The notes beneath the pieces are model-generated. The model was not told the origin of the DNA and ran no database searches. It saw nothing but the letters and a program-made list of their open reading frames with translations. A DNA stretch of 59,153 nucleotides, the filler included, from Sphacelaria rigidula (Eukaryota): assembly GCA_964200075.2 (NCBI GenBank). It is 8 parts of 8 records of this genome, joined end to end, with 100 filler letters (N's around TTAATTAATTAA, not from the genome) between each part and the next. Parts side by side here need not be neighbours in the genome. Positions count along the whole stretch, not along the records: positions 29,631 to 36,937 come from CAXNAA020015523.1; positions 37,038 to 44,343 come from CAXNAA020015524.1; positions 44,444 to 51,748 come from CAXNAA020015525.1; 5 more parts are not named here. The stretch is one strand, 5' to 3'. Positions 35,346 through 47,699 of this stretch are shown one piece after another (within the stretch, counting starts at the first letter, position 1; each line of letters begins with the position of its first letter). The position numbers were made by a program, and so were the translations under genes.

Positions 35346-37037
35346 CTGATGTAAAAAATGTAAAAATATTTTGGTTTGTAAAGTGGACTATTGCATTTGC
35401 GTTATTCAAGATTGTCTTCTCCAGGAGGTGGTCACAGAGCTCGCCTCGTGTACATAGCAATGGTGTTCTTTGAATGGTGCAGTGCGCCCTTTGGGGCACA
35501 AGTGTGTTGAGGTTGGTGTGCTGACGCCCTTGGGCGAATCTCCGGTCGTGCGTGAGTGGAGGCATTGATGAACATCGGACGAGTTCATATCAAAGATGAC
35601 TGTCGGTCGAACTCTGAACCAAACCACGGTCTCCAAGTTTGTCTTCTGTTACTCCTACATGCGTACATCATTGCACAGTCATCGGCGCTAGTCTGTGGCT
35701 GGAATGAACGGTGGTGTGACATCGAGCGAAATACCGGCAATCGTTGCTGTGACGAGTTGTGATGAACGCTGGGGGGAGGGAAGTCCGAACGCGTTCTTCA
35801 ATGCTTCCTCTTCAACAAGCTGAACCACTCTGCAGCGCAGCGGATGGTCGATGTGACCATCTTGCCTCCAATTCGTACCACAGTTCCCCTTCGGCAGTAC
35901 CGCCCCCTTTTGATGCGGAGGAGTAACGGTATCGCAGACGGTGGAAGTTATCGGCGCAGTGCAGGTGGCGACATTACTTGAGAAGCTCTAATTTGAGGCG
36001 AGGCTCATTTTCTATTCTTATCGCCGAGCCAAGTGTATTTCTTAGAGCCATTTTCTCATTTTCCGCACACGTGCAGTCAATGATGAATCTCTTGAAGGAG
36101 CCATGCTACGGTAGGGGTACACTTTTTTCGCGAAATTATGTCTGGTTCAGGGGCTCCTAACGATTCTAGACGCACAAGAATATGGGCCTGTTTGCAGATT
36201 TATTCGTGATATCCCCAGCACATTGAAAGAGTAATCCTGGCGTACTCTCGCATATTTTCATACGTCGTGGTTTGGATGAGATAAAGGGCTCCTAACAATT
36301 CTATTCTCAGAAATTATTTGCGTACCCCTACCGTAGCATCACTCGAAGGCCAATTTCTTATTTCTCCCGGACTCGTAAAAAATGATGGAATTCTTGAAAA
36401 CAAACGTCTATTTTTGCCTTCAAAGGCTAGGTAATATATGAAATGTTGTACAGTGATGGTAGCACTCTACAAGAGTATGTACTGACTACTGTACCGTATT
36501 CGGCGGCGGGGGAGGTAAAAAAGAGGGTGGGGCATTCTTGCGTGGAGGGGCTCATGGGTCTGCCACCAATTTCTTATTTCCCAAGGCTGCAGTGTCGATG
36601 GCAGATTGCTTATTCGCCGGGCCTCTTGAATCTCTCGATTTCTTATCCTTATTTTCGCCTTGATCTGAGCAAAATTTGTCATTATCGACTTCTTGAAACC
36701 TGAAAAATCTGAGCCTCGATTTCTTAACTGGTGACTTCTGGCGCAGCTCGGAACTCCCGTGCTTGCATTATTTCCGCCAATGTCGCCTCACAGTTCACGC
36801 TTGTTGTAATCTGAAACTAGTTATTATGCGCTGTATGACCGTACTCTTCCCGACAGCTTGCGGGGTGGTCTGGGGGGGGGGGGGGGGGCTCTCAACCCAC
36901 CATTCGGGAGACGTGGGCGGGAGTTTAAAACCACCGANNNNNNNNNNNNNNNNNNNNNNNNNNNNNNNNNNNNNNNNNNNNTTAATTAATTAANNNNNNN
37001 NNNNNNNNNNNNNNNNNNNNNNNNNNNNNNNNNNNNN

Positions 37038-37222
<185 letters not shown>

Positions 37223-37855
37223 CCTGGCAGGGATCAAACCGACGTTCTCTCCACCCTAATGGTGACAGTCGGACCGCTAGACCACAGGGATTCCGCGGCA
37301 ATCAGGTCGGGACAATGTGGCTCGGACTTTTGGAAAACAAAATGCAGTAAAGGCAGTTCGGAAAAGTGCACCCACACCTCATCTTGTTTGATTCAAAGGT
37401 CGTGTGATGTGTTCCTCAATTTTCGACGTGTTACTCAAAAAACGCACAGTATATAAATATATATATATATATGGTGTGTACTACGATGAGCATGTCTTGT
37501 GCGTGAACTTCGGTTAATCCTCTTTTTTGTGCGGCATTACCCGATGTCGAAGAGTAGAGGAAGTCTCAGATCCGTCGTCACACGCTTCAGGTGTTTCTCG
37601 ATATCTCGGAGGGCGGCGCGCGTGTGGTAGGCCCGGAAGACCCTCGTCACCTTTGTGGCGAATTTTCGTGGGCGCTTGCACCGTTGGACCATGTCTTTTG
37701 CCTGAGGAGTTCAGAAGGGGCGTGGTCGAATGCAGAGATGACAAGGCCTTGGGGTTATAGTGATGGTGGTGGTCATCGCTGCTGCTGCCCGTGCAACGTA
37801 CATTGCAATGGTCTCATCTAACCCGACGTATTCGCCACTGACTCGCACTGTCGAG

Positions 37856-38216
37856 GGGGGGTGTTGTCGTCCCATCTTTCTGGACGCCGGTCTACACATT
37901 TCGGTATATGTGGGCGCACCAGCCGGGGTCACACAGGAAGAAGAAGAGCCGACACAGGAGTGTTTTTTGCTTGTTTGTTCTTGGTTCTCCACCTTCCTTC
38001 CTGTGGTGCTTACTTTTATTTTTTATCGCGAGAGGGGTTTTAGCAGTCCCTTTCCCTCGTCGACCACTGAGTCGAAATTTGTGTACCCACGACATAGTTG
38101 CTCTCCACTGTTGGGCATTGTGTGAAAACAAATCCTAGACCGCTCCGAGATTCGAACTCACGACCCAGCCGTCAGAGGGTTTCGGGGTTACCTACTGAGC
38201 CACGGGGGCGACCGGC
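37856..38216 (-). mobile_element. tRNA-derived SINE, family 2, second full-length copy
   Basis: Minus-strand GCCGGTCGCCCCCGTGGCTCAGTAGG..GAGTTCGAATC; body colinear with 25506-25867. Confidence 0.85.
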
Positions 38217-39252
38217 GGGTGTCGACATACGACTGCCGAATATTGCTCAGATGCATGTTTTCCAGTATTTCTCTCCTTGTCATGGCCGTCATCGCGTGGG
38301 TTTTCGTGGGGTTGGGGACTGATGCCATGAGAAGGACAGGAATAGCGCAGGTTATGCAGAGGATCAAACACCTGCGGTGATCACAGAGGTTGAGAAACAC
38401 AACCCGACGATGTCGACAACCAACAGCTGCTCGTTTATTTCAAACATGTATTGTTACGACTTGGTCTGCTATGTCGTTCTGTTCGACTTTTTTGTTTTTT
38501 TCGTGTTCCTTCTTTTCTTCAGAGCGTGTTTCAATTTCGTTTTTCTTGTGTACGTCTACCATGAGACCACGGGTGGACCCCTGGGGGGTCAGTTGAAGTG
38601 CGACAATCAATCAATCAATCAATCAAATGTCAGATTCGGCTACATACTACCTCCTTTGATGGACAATGACTGAGCGACAATGGTACAAAATGGAGTGGAA
38701 TCCACTAGCTCGTCTCCACGGAATGTTAAGAATCGGCTTCATGCATGATCAAAGGATTAGATTGGAATCGTCGAAAAAAGACAAGGCAAGGCAACACTAT
38801 ACACTCTGTCACAGGAACATATGAAACGGAACGGACGCCACTTATTCAATGTTACAATGTTCGAACGATGATGATCTTTGCCAACCACGGCACAGCGTCA
38901 TTTAGTGAATCAACTCAGCCCCGTGCTTGTCGGGGAAAAGGACCAACCGCATTGCCGTTGGTTGTACAGAATTTTTGCATATTGCCGTTCAGCGTGAGCC
39001 TTTTGCATAGATTCGCTACCCGACACGAGATTCGGGGGCGTGGCCCGCCACCGATTGAGAGTTTCCTGATCCCGACATTCTTGACACAAGCGATGTGGAT
39101 CCTTGCGAAAAACTACGGCCCCCGAGCGGTCGGACGTGAAAAAGGCTTGCCCCTGTCTGCACAACATGACAGCACCGTGCACGATCGGAACCCGACTTCG
39201 ACACCCGGAGTCGAAAAACATCTTACATTGCAGAATTTCGGAAAACGCGTTT

Positions 39253-39412
39253 TTTTGGCATTTTAGAGTGCAAATACCTCGGGATCAAAGCGTAACGAAA
39301 AATTATTTTCCCCTCCCTCAAATTTGGTATTCCCTTCGCGTTTTTCCGATGAGTTTTGTTTTTTTATTCTAAACTCTGATCCTGAGATATTTGCACTTCG
39401 AAATGACACAAA
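39253..39412. repeat. Inverted repeat (~40-bp arms), MITE-like
   Basis: TTTGGCATTTTAGAGTGCAAATACCTCGGGATCAAAG versus the right arm read in reverse, TTTGTGTCATTTCGAAGTGCAAATATCTCAGGATCAGAG. Confidence 0.7.
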
Positions 39413-40851
39413 TAGCACTTTCCGAAACGCTCTATTCTCGCAAACCGCCTTAGTACCTGTGCTATATACACTGTGTACACCGTTGGCTCCAAAGTTGGCA
39501 GCTTTGAGGTACACTCGTACTAAGTCGACAATTATAGCTGCACTATACATTTGGTCCCACTCGTGCAAAATGATGCGCCGATTTCGACCGTTTTCATGCT
39601 TTTCATGCGCGATGTCGCCGTAACGGAGGAGCGCATGAGAAACTTGTTCCGTCTCCAAGACGTGCTAGCCTACAGGCGTACGTGTTGGGCGTCTACCGTA
39701 CAGAGCACTACTACCGGCTGCTTCATCGTCTTGTTTACTCTTGCCACACAAGTATTGAGTTTGATACCGGCTCAGTTGCCATTAACGCTACCGGATGAAT
39801 CATGGACGTGGTGAATCGGGCAGGTACTCGTCAAAGGGGTAGAAAGGGGCGCTGATGCCGTGCGCCGTTCAACTTTGCGCAGCGGTATGCGGCTAGCTCG
39901 ATTTAGTTCAACATCGATTAATGTCAGCGTTTGCAGCCACCTGACGGTGTTCGACGACAGGTTTTGGCTGCAAAGATCGGGACATCCTTACTGCAGGAAC
40001 ATTGTTATATTAAAAACCAGGTGAATAGAACATTTGCGTTGGTGCACATGGGCTTGACACCGTTATCTCGCAAAAAGTTCAACCGAGTACCCCTGTCGTA
40101 CGTCCAGGATTAATGGTGGGTGACTTGTGGAACACGTGTCCGTACCGTGAGTTTGATTTGATTGTGCAGATAAGCTTCTGGAATCCTGTGATGAGCGAAA
40201 CCGATGAACGTTCTTGTATTGCATGCCTCATGACAACCCCGCAGCGTGGAATGGTGTAGAGAAAAACGAAGCCGAAATATAGCGTATATTTCGCTCACAA
40301 TAATAGAACGGAGTCTATCGGAATATGTGTCATTCGATCCAGAGATGAAAGGGGTACGAACCATGCTCTCGTGTCGTATGCCTTGTGACAACTTACACCC
40401 TGCAACATCAAAAAATAGTGTCGCTCAGCGCAATCGAAAAGCAAACGCACTTTTTGCTCTTGTCGATCGGACAGAGGTTTGTCGGGATACTTGAAAGTCC
40501 ACCCAGAAAACAAATTAAAACGACTGACTCATGTAGTGTAAGCACTACGACGACGCGTACTCCGCAGAGTAAATTGGTGTACCGTAACACAAAGCGACCC
40601 AACATTCACTCTACCTTTAATTGCGAATCGCACGGAAATCATTGGGATATGCGTGAGATGGTCCTGAGATGTCGTGAGACACGCCCGTCGATAAGGACGA
40701 CTGCGTTACGGTCGACGCTGCCAGAGAGAGAAGAGGACAAGCTCAATATTCCCGCACCAGTATCAAAACCAAGCAGTGACACAAGCTCAAGAGACGATAC
40801 CGGCCAGAGTCGACGTCCCCAATAGCGCTTTTATTACCAACAACACCGTAA

Positions 40852-41121
40852 TCAATATGACAGGGTCCATCTCGACTGCGCGTTATTAAATAATTCAGTC
40901 ACCTTTTCAAGCAGATCTCGCAGTTCAATCAGGCTCGTTTTCAGCTCATCGCTCCCCTCGAATTCTTTGCGGGCGTTCTGCAGCACCGCAAGGACATTCA
41001 GGACACGCATCGCGATTCTCGATGACTCGGCGGGGTGCTGCTTCACGAGCCTGCATTGCTCCACCAGACTTCCCCCAGCCTCGTAGATCAGCGCAACTAG
41101 TGTAATCACGTCCACGGTCAT
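40852..41121 (-). CDS. MLKL N-terminal/HeLo-like four-helix-bundle domain ORF (89 aa; first exon or truncated gene)
   Basis: MTVDVITLVALIYEAGGSLVEQCRLVKQHPAESSRIAMRVLNVLAVLQNARKEF..LKTSLIELRDLLEKVTELF fits the pattern hydrophobic helix - VKxN/HxxxxxxLxxRV - LxxLxxxL seen in MLKL_NTD-like domains. ATG in good context (ACCATG). Confidence 0.65.
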   Translation of the reverse strand: MTVDVITLVALIYEAGGSLVEQCRLVKQHPAESSRIAMRVLNVLAVLQNARKEFEGSDELKTSLIELRDLLEKVTELFNNAQSRWTLSY

Positions 41122-44100
41122 GGTGACTTACGGCTTCCTCTCGCTATTTGAGGCAAAGTGCAGCGAGCGGGAAAAAAGCATACCAAGCGGTGCGATGGTG
41201 TGTGATGATGTTCCTTTTTTGATATCGCTCCCCCACTCCGCTGTGACAGCAACGCAAATTAGTCAACACGTGCAAAAACAAATTTCCAATTGTGCTGGCG
41301 GAGGGATACGGCGGTGACGTGCTCTGCCGTACCGCTACGGATCGTCGAGCCGCACCCAGATCATCTGCCACGTACCTTCCTTCGTCACCTGCACGCTCCA
41401 CACTTGCTGAGATACATACTACTGTCTCCGTACTGTTGATGGAACTGCTCGGCTTCAAGTGCGGAAAAATCAAACCTTAACCGAGTATCGTCACGCGGCA
41501 GCGATGATTCCATAGTATCTCGTCTCCTGAAGGGTACTCTACCTTGCGAGAGGTGATGATCACTACGCACTCACCCGCTGCTGTCGCTTCTCACCCGCAA
41601 CAGCGCGAGGATTTGGTACTGGAAAGTCCTTCCTCGAATGACGACGCCTTGTTCGGCGAGAGCCCCCCACCGTCTCTTCCTACCGTGTGTGTCACCTGTG
41701 CTGCGCCGATCAACACCTTGACGTAGCCGTCTATGAATGAACCATGAGGTTTCCTTTGGTGGTACACCATTAGGCGTTTAAATCTGGAATGTTGACGTCA
41801 CGAGCCCCCCCCCCAGAAACGTAGAAATAACGCCATCGACACTTCAAGTCGGTGCCTATAAAAAATACATGCGTGTAGTACTTACTGGTAAAGCTTTGGC
41901 GGTGATACGGGAGTGCGTGGGGAAATGAACACACATTTTTCCACGATGTGACGCAACAACGGCGAAAAAGGAATAGTCCCGTCATAGGCGGGACCGCAAC
42001 GGCGCCGTTTATCAGGTGAGGAACGATTCCACGTACGTTGGATTGTGTCGTAAAAATGGCGTCAGCTTCGGCTGTGTAAAGGCAGGCACGAGCATCATCA
42101 TCTCCCTGCCCACGAGATATATGACGATTTTGGCCATCCCCGCCAAGGTTGCTCGTGATCGACACGGCATGATTGATTGATCGGCCGGTTGGTTACTCGG
42201 TTTGTGAATCGTCGCGCATCAACTGATCCGCTACGAAACTATGCGTGGTTTCAATATGCAACTGCCCAGGGTAAACAAGCGGGAAAAGTCTCACGACAAG
42301 GGCAAACTGTAAAATGGGGAAATAAACAGGGAAGAGTATGGAGCAGTATATATACCAGGATGCCTGCTATTTTGCATGAAGACACGGCGACGACTGAAGG
42401 CAAGCGACGATGCTTCACAGATGACTGGGCTCTTCAGATAGGTGTATGGTATACACATTTGGTACAGTTGCAGGTGATGGACATGTCGCGGGAGTGCGCG
42501 GACCTCAGCCGTTAGCGAACTCGAGGTGACCGGTCATTTGAATCTTTCTCAATATGTTTTACAGCTGCTGCTGTACGGAACACATACGGGGTTTGTTGGT
42601 AATGCAGACAACAGTACAAGTGCACGAGGAGTCTGTATGTATTTATCTGCTACTTGGACTTCTTCCCCGCACATGTTTCATGTGTTTGTTTCGTGCATCT
42701 TCGGCCAATTTTGTTTCTATTTATTGAAGTGAGAGCACATCTATTCGCTTCGACGTCGGATTTTCGACGCCCCCAGAGAAAAGCTCAATGCCGCTGTATA
42801 TCTGAACTGGTTTTTGGTTACGGTTCGGCTACATGGGTATATAACGCATGCCAAGCTTAAGCCTCTAACGTTGAAGGTTTCGGGAAATTTTCTGGCAGAA
42901 GTCTTCGTAGGCTACAATGAAATAACAAAGATTCGCGTAGGCAAACGCCATGGATTGACACACATGACGGACTCAAAATGCTGACGTCGTGATTCAAGAG
43001 TAAATATTCAAACATTCCTGAAACGGAAGCGGCCAAATGTGCGTCAAGGTTAGGCCAAGACTCCATTACATCTGTTGTACATGGAGAGGATTGAGGGACA
43101 ACAAGGTGACTCCCCGGTCGCGATGTCTAGGTACGCGGTGAAATTCACCGAGAAAATGGGCGTGTCTCACCTGCCACTACTACTGTGCTGTATACTGTAC
43201 TGTATACGGCATTATGGTACCTCGATCTCTCTCCCTCTAAACGCGAGTGCGGCGCTGGCGCTTCATTTTTTTATTTTGTCCAACCTCTACCTGGTGCAAA
43301 AAACACAAGTTGGCACAACAGCGCTGTACGGTTTTGTGCATATTCTACGAGCCTGTCGAGAGATGGCACGACACGCAACTGCCCTCCTTGCCTTCTATCA
43401 ACGCTTTCAACAACAGCTTCGACAGCGTCAACAGGGGGGGGCGGGGGCAGCGAGGGCGGGGGGAGGGAATAGTGCTAAGACTCTCGTGGTCTGTCCTTTC
43501 GATTGCGGACCGCATACACGACTGAGGATGTTTAACTACCAACAGGACAGTGACTGCGGTGGTCGCCCCAATTGGTACTGTAGGCAGTGAAGCGATCGAT
43601 ACTGGGACCAGGGGGTAATTCCAAAACCTGGACTTACACGTCGAGCGTGCACGTTCAGACCTCCGAGCGCCGGCGGATGGACACGTGATTATCGCACCCA
43701 CTTTTCGAGCGGAAATGATGCCGGTTCACCAGGTGGACTCACCTGGGCGGCCAGAGGTGTGAAATATATAGCTGATATTACAGAAATATTTCAAGGCATG
43801 GGGTAGAGCTTGGCCTCTCCTCTGTATGTATGCGTTCCAAGTATTCCATGCGCTTCGATCGTCTAGGATATCTCACATGTTGAACCCGCATTATTTTCAC
43901 TCGAGGCTGGTCGAAAATGGATACGCAGCAGTGGTAGCAAGATCCAGAAAAAAGATGGTCTGCCCATGCGGTCAAGGGAGAGATGTGCGTCGACAATACT
44001 TCGATTTCTCTGACTAGACGCACACTTTCTCGGATGAGGCGCAAAGTTAAAACGTCATGGACTTTGTTTAGACGCGTACAGAGGGGCCTATGTGAAACGT

Positions 44101-44443
44101 TAGAATATCGTCAGCGGTGTGAAGCATCTGTATGCAATACTTCGGGCATACCCCTCCCCGTCCCCCCCCCTCGCACGATCCTATACATATTATGCCGGGT
44201 GAAGCCGGGTGTGAACAGTTTTTTGCCATTTTTGGATACATATGGCTACCCCTAGGTTTTTTGCGGAGTACATCCGTTCCCCGTCCTCCGACGAAGGCCA
44301 TGACCGGTCTTGTCGGTACGGCGTGGGGAGGGTCTTTTCGGCGNNNNNNNNNNNNNNNNNNNNNNNNNNNNNNNNNNNNNNNNNNNNTTAATTAATTAAN
44401 NNNNNNNNNNNNNNNNNNNNNNNNNNNNNNNNNNNNNNNNNNN

Positions 44444-44608
44444 AGATACGTTTTCAGCGCAATTCGCCGACTCTGTGAGCTTACAGCGCTGACCGAAACC
44501 GTCATTTTCCCTGATATTACCCCCCTCAAAAAAGGGGGGGAAACGACGGTTGTCTTCGGTCAGCGCTGTAAGCTCACAGAGTCGGTGAATTGCGCTGAAA
44601 AAGTATCT
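44444..44608. repeat. Foldback: ~55-65-bp inverted arms around a short C/A/G-tract loop
   Basis: AGATACGTTTTCAGCGCAATTCGCCGACTCTGTGAGCTTACAGCGCTGACCGAA pairs with 44555-44608 with 2 mismatches. Confidence 0.92.
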
Positions 44609-44682
44609 ACGCGATCGAGGGGCATTAGGCCGACAAAAACGTCATTGGGCACCATCGCTGAAAGTGTGGGGAAAGCACTGTT

Positions 44683-44872
44683 AACAATGTTTTCGTGAGA
44701 TTGAGAGTAGATGATAGGATTGAGAGTGGCTTTGATCGTTCGCTTTAAGTGAGTCGGTTTTTTATTCCACGTGTGCTTTTCTNNNNNNNNNNACTGAAAC
44801 GTTTCATTCACTGATCGACCGCTTTTCACTCTCAATCGTACCATCTACTCTCGATCTCACGCAAACACTGTT
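44683..44872. mobile_element. MITE with ~45-bp TIRs (AACAATGTTTTCGTGAGATTGAGAGTAG..); family of at least 4 copies
   Basis: TIRs at both ends, with an internal 10-N gap. Complete copy at 54594-54892 in the opposite orientation; partial copies at ~15110-15210 and ~51338-51380. Confidence 0.85.
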
Positions 44873-45473
44873 TCAGGCTTGAACCTCATGTCGGAGTTAA
44901 ACCTCAATTCGCACAATTTGTTGTTAAATGCGATTTGCCTCCACGTTCGCATGCACGGTCTCCGCTTCTCTGAAGACGCCAAGATATCGACAGTTACAAT
45001 GGCACCTGTCCAAATTGCATGAATGCAAGTGCTTCATATAGATCCTTCGCCAAATCCAGTTTTGGCATCACGTGAACAAAAAAGTGCAACCCTATCGTAG
45101 CACGCCTAGCGGGAGTGCTAGATCTGTTTTGCGAACACACGACTCAATGGTTCGTGACACCCGTACCCGCGCACAGCCAGTGTGCACATCGTAGGTTGTC
45201 GCAGACGACATGGTGAGGTATAGATCAAAACGAATCCGTATTGCAGTCAACATGTGTGTCAGGCGAGTTTTCCCAATTTTTCGCAGTTGACCTTTTTTCT
45301 TCAAGTTTTGATTTGGGGCCCTTTACTCATCACAGGGGACGTCTGAAAGATGGCCTAACCGACTTATCGCAGTGGTCAGGGCAGCGACGCCGGGGGCTTC
45401 GACGACGCTGTCACTTGGGAGTGTGGGTGAAAACATCGTCGTTGCTTTGTAGTTGCTCTTCACGTGAAAATAC

Positions 45474-46520
45474 CACACCCTGGACAATACAATATGTTTC
45501 CAATATATATTAGTCGATCATATTGGAATTTTGCGATATATTGCCGATGTAATATATATTGGTACCCTTAGACTTCACATGTATTGCGCGCCCAATATAC
45601 ATTGTTGTCGTGGGACTACATACATTTTGCCCGCCCAATATATATATATATATATATATATTCGTACTGTGGGATTGAACACATATATTGTCCCATCAAT
45701 ATATATATATTGGGGCAGCGTGGGCGACAGCATATTGCACGACCAATATATATATATATATATATATTGGGTCGCATTGATGAGAACATATTGATCGGTC
45801 AATATATATATTGGGTCTGCGCGGGTGATAATGTATTGGTCGGTCAGTACATATTGGATATTATGAGTATGGTGTACGCTTTAGGAGAGATCCAGACGCG
45901 ATGGGTGCCGGAGCCCGTACAGATTGGGAAAGGCTTCAAAGGGAGCCGCAAACGTTCGCGTGCATTACTCCGGAAAGTTGTCGAATGCGTTTGACATATA
46001 TTCATCACACCTTGGACAATACAATATATTTTCAATATATATTAGTCGATCATATTGGAATTTTGCGATATATTGCCGGCGAAATATATATTGGTACCCT
46101 TGGACTGCACACGTATTGCGCGTTCAATATATATTGATGCCGTGGGACTGCATATATATTGCTCGCCCAATATATATATTGGTACTGTGGGGTTGAACAC
46201 ATATTGCCCCATCAGTATATATTGGGTTAGCGTGGGCAACAGGATATTGCACGACCAATATATATATATATATATATATATATTAGGGTCGCATTGGTAA
46301 GAACATATTGACCGATCAACATATCTTGAGTCTACGTGGGTGTCGATGTATTGGCCGGTCAATATATATTGGATATTATAAGTATGGTGTACGCTTTGAG
46401 AAACATGCAGACGCGATGGGTGCCGGAGCCCGTGCAGATTGGGAAAAACTTCAAAGGGAGCCGCGGAAGTCCGCGTACATTACTCCGGAAAGTTGTCGAA
46501 TGCGTTTGATGTATATATAT
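45474..46520 (+). repeat. Tandem duplication of a ~532-bp unit rich in CAAT(AT)nATTG palindromes
   Basis: Units start CACACC(C/T)TGGACAATACAATAT at 45474 and 46006 and are colinear through ..CCGGAAAGTTGTCGAATGCGTTTGA. Confidence 0.92.
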
Positions 46521-46728
46521 ATATACATTGGTAAATAAATATGGTGACAGAAGAGGCAACCCGGTATATATGCCTCCTGACACCTATCTGGCCACCGGTG
46601 CGGGGCCGCCCATCCCCTTTCCACCATGTTATTCACATATCTTGGCTAAACATCACGACGACAAAACGCAAACGCGGGTCGATATGCGCCTTTTGGTACC
46701 CCTGTGGTCACCGGGGCTGTGTTGCTTC

Positions 46729-47699
46729 TACCCTGGACAATACAATATGTCCCAATATATGATACCAATACTTTGTATTGGAGCCAGCGCAAATATTGTC
46801 CTTTCAAAAAATATTGTGCTGAGATGTCCTCGGAGATATTGAAGCAACAACATATATTGCTCGTGTCATGATCATGAAGTAATGTATGTCAACATATATA
46901 TATATATATATATTGAACATACAGTTTCTCCGAGAATAAAACATTCAATATATATTGTGCATGCCGACCGTGTGTATATTGAAGTGTCAATATATATCGA
47001 GTCGAGGCGATGCGTAGCATATTATTACCATAATATATATTGCACGCAAACCATGCAGAAGTATATTTTTTTCAATGTATATTGCGCACGTTGATCGGAT
47101 AGCTATTGTGCAGCCAATATATATTGAACACGCGTACGGAGGAATCCATTGAGGATTTTCGGCATGTAAAAAACATCTTTGAATGGCGCCCGCAAACAAA
47201 GAACTGCCCGCCATACTAATTCCCATAAACTTTCCAATATATATGTTGAAAATCAATATATTTTGCTACACCAACATGTATTGTGACCGCGGTACCCTCG
47301 TGTATGATCCGCCCAATATATATTGGACGCATTGACGCACGACATATTGGGGCGGAAATATATATCGGCGCTTCGGGTGTCGAGCATATTGAATCGTCAA
47401 TATATATTGACCTCGTGTGGCAGCCAATATATTACTCGACAAATATATATTGGTGCCTTCTCGCACCAACATATTTCTCCGCCAATATATATTGAGGTGG
47501 CGCGTGTCGTGATATATTATTAGGTCGATATATATATTGCATGTCGCGAGCCTTGACATATTGATGGAACAATATATATATATATATATATATTGACCCT
47601 CTCTCGTGTCTCATATTGATCGCTCAACACTTTTTGACCACCCGACGCGTCGATAGATTGGGCGGGCAATATATCTTACATATTGTATTGTCCATGGTG
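46729..47699. mobile_element. Non-autonomous TIR element (~970 bp) with dense CAATATATATTG subterminal palindromes; CACTA/CMC-like
   Basis: Left end TACCCTGGACAATACAATATGT; right end is the reverse complement of CACCATGGACAATACAATATGT. The same terminus starts both tandem units at ~45474 and ~46006. No clear TSD. Confidence 0.7.

Noticed and set aside
35400-35975. Possible convergent second gene inside the Academ-like element (minus strand)
   Set aside because: Several stops and no motif I can assign; unsupported without a homology search.
45474-47699. Repeat-spacer pattern resembling a CRISPR array
   Set aside because: Repeats are only ~12 bp with variable (AT)n, spacing is irregular, spacers recur in the tandem duplicate, there are no cas genes, and the context is eukaryotic.
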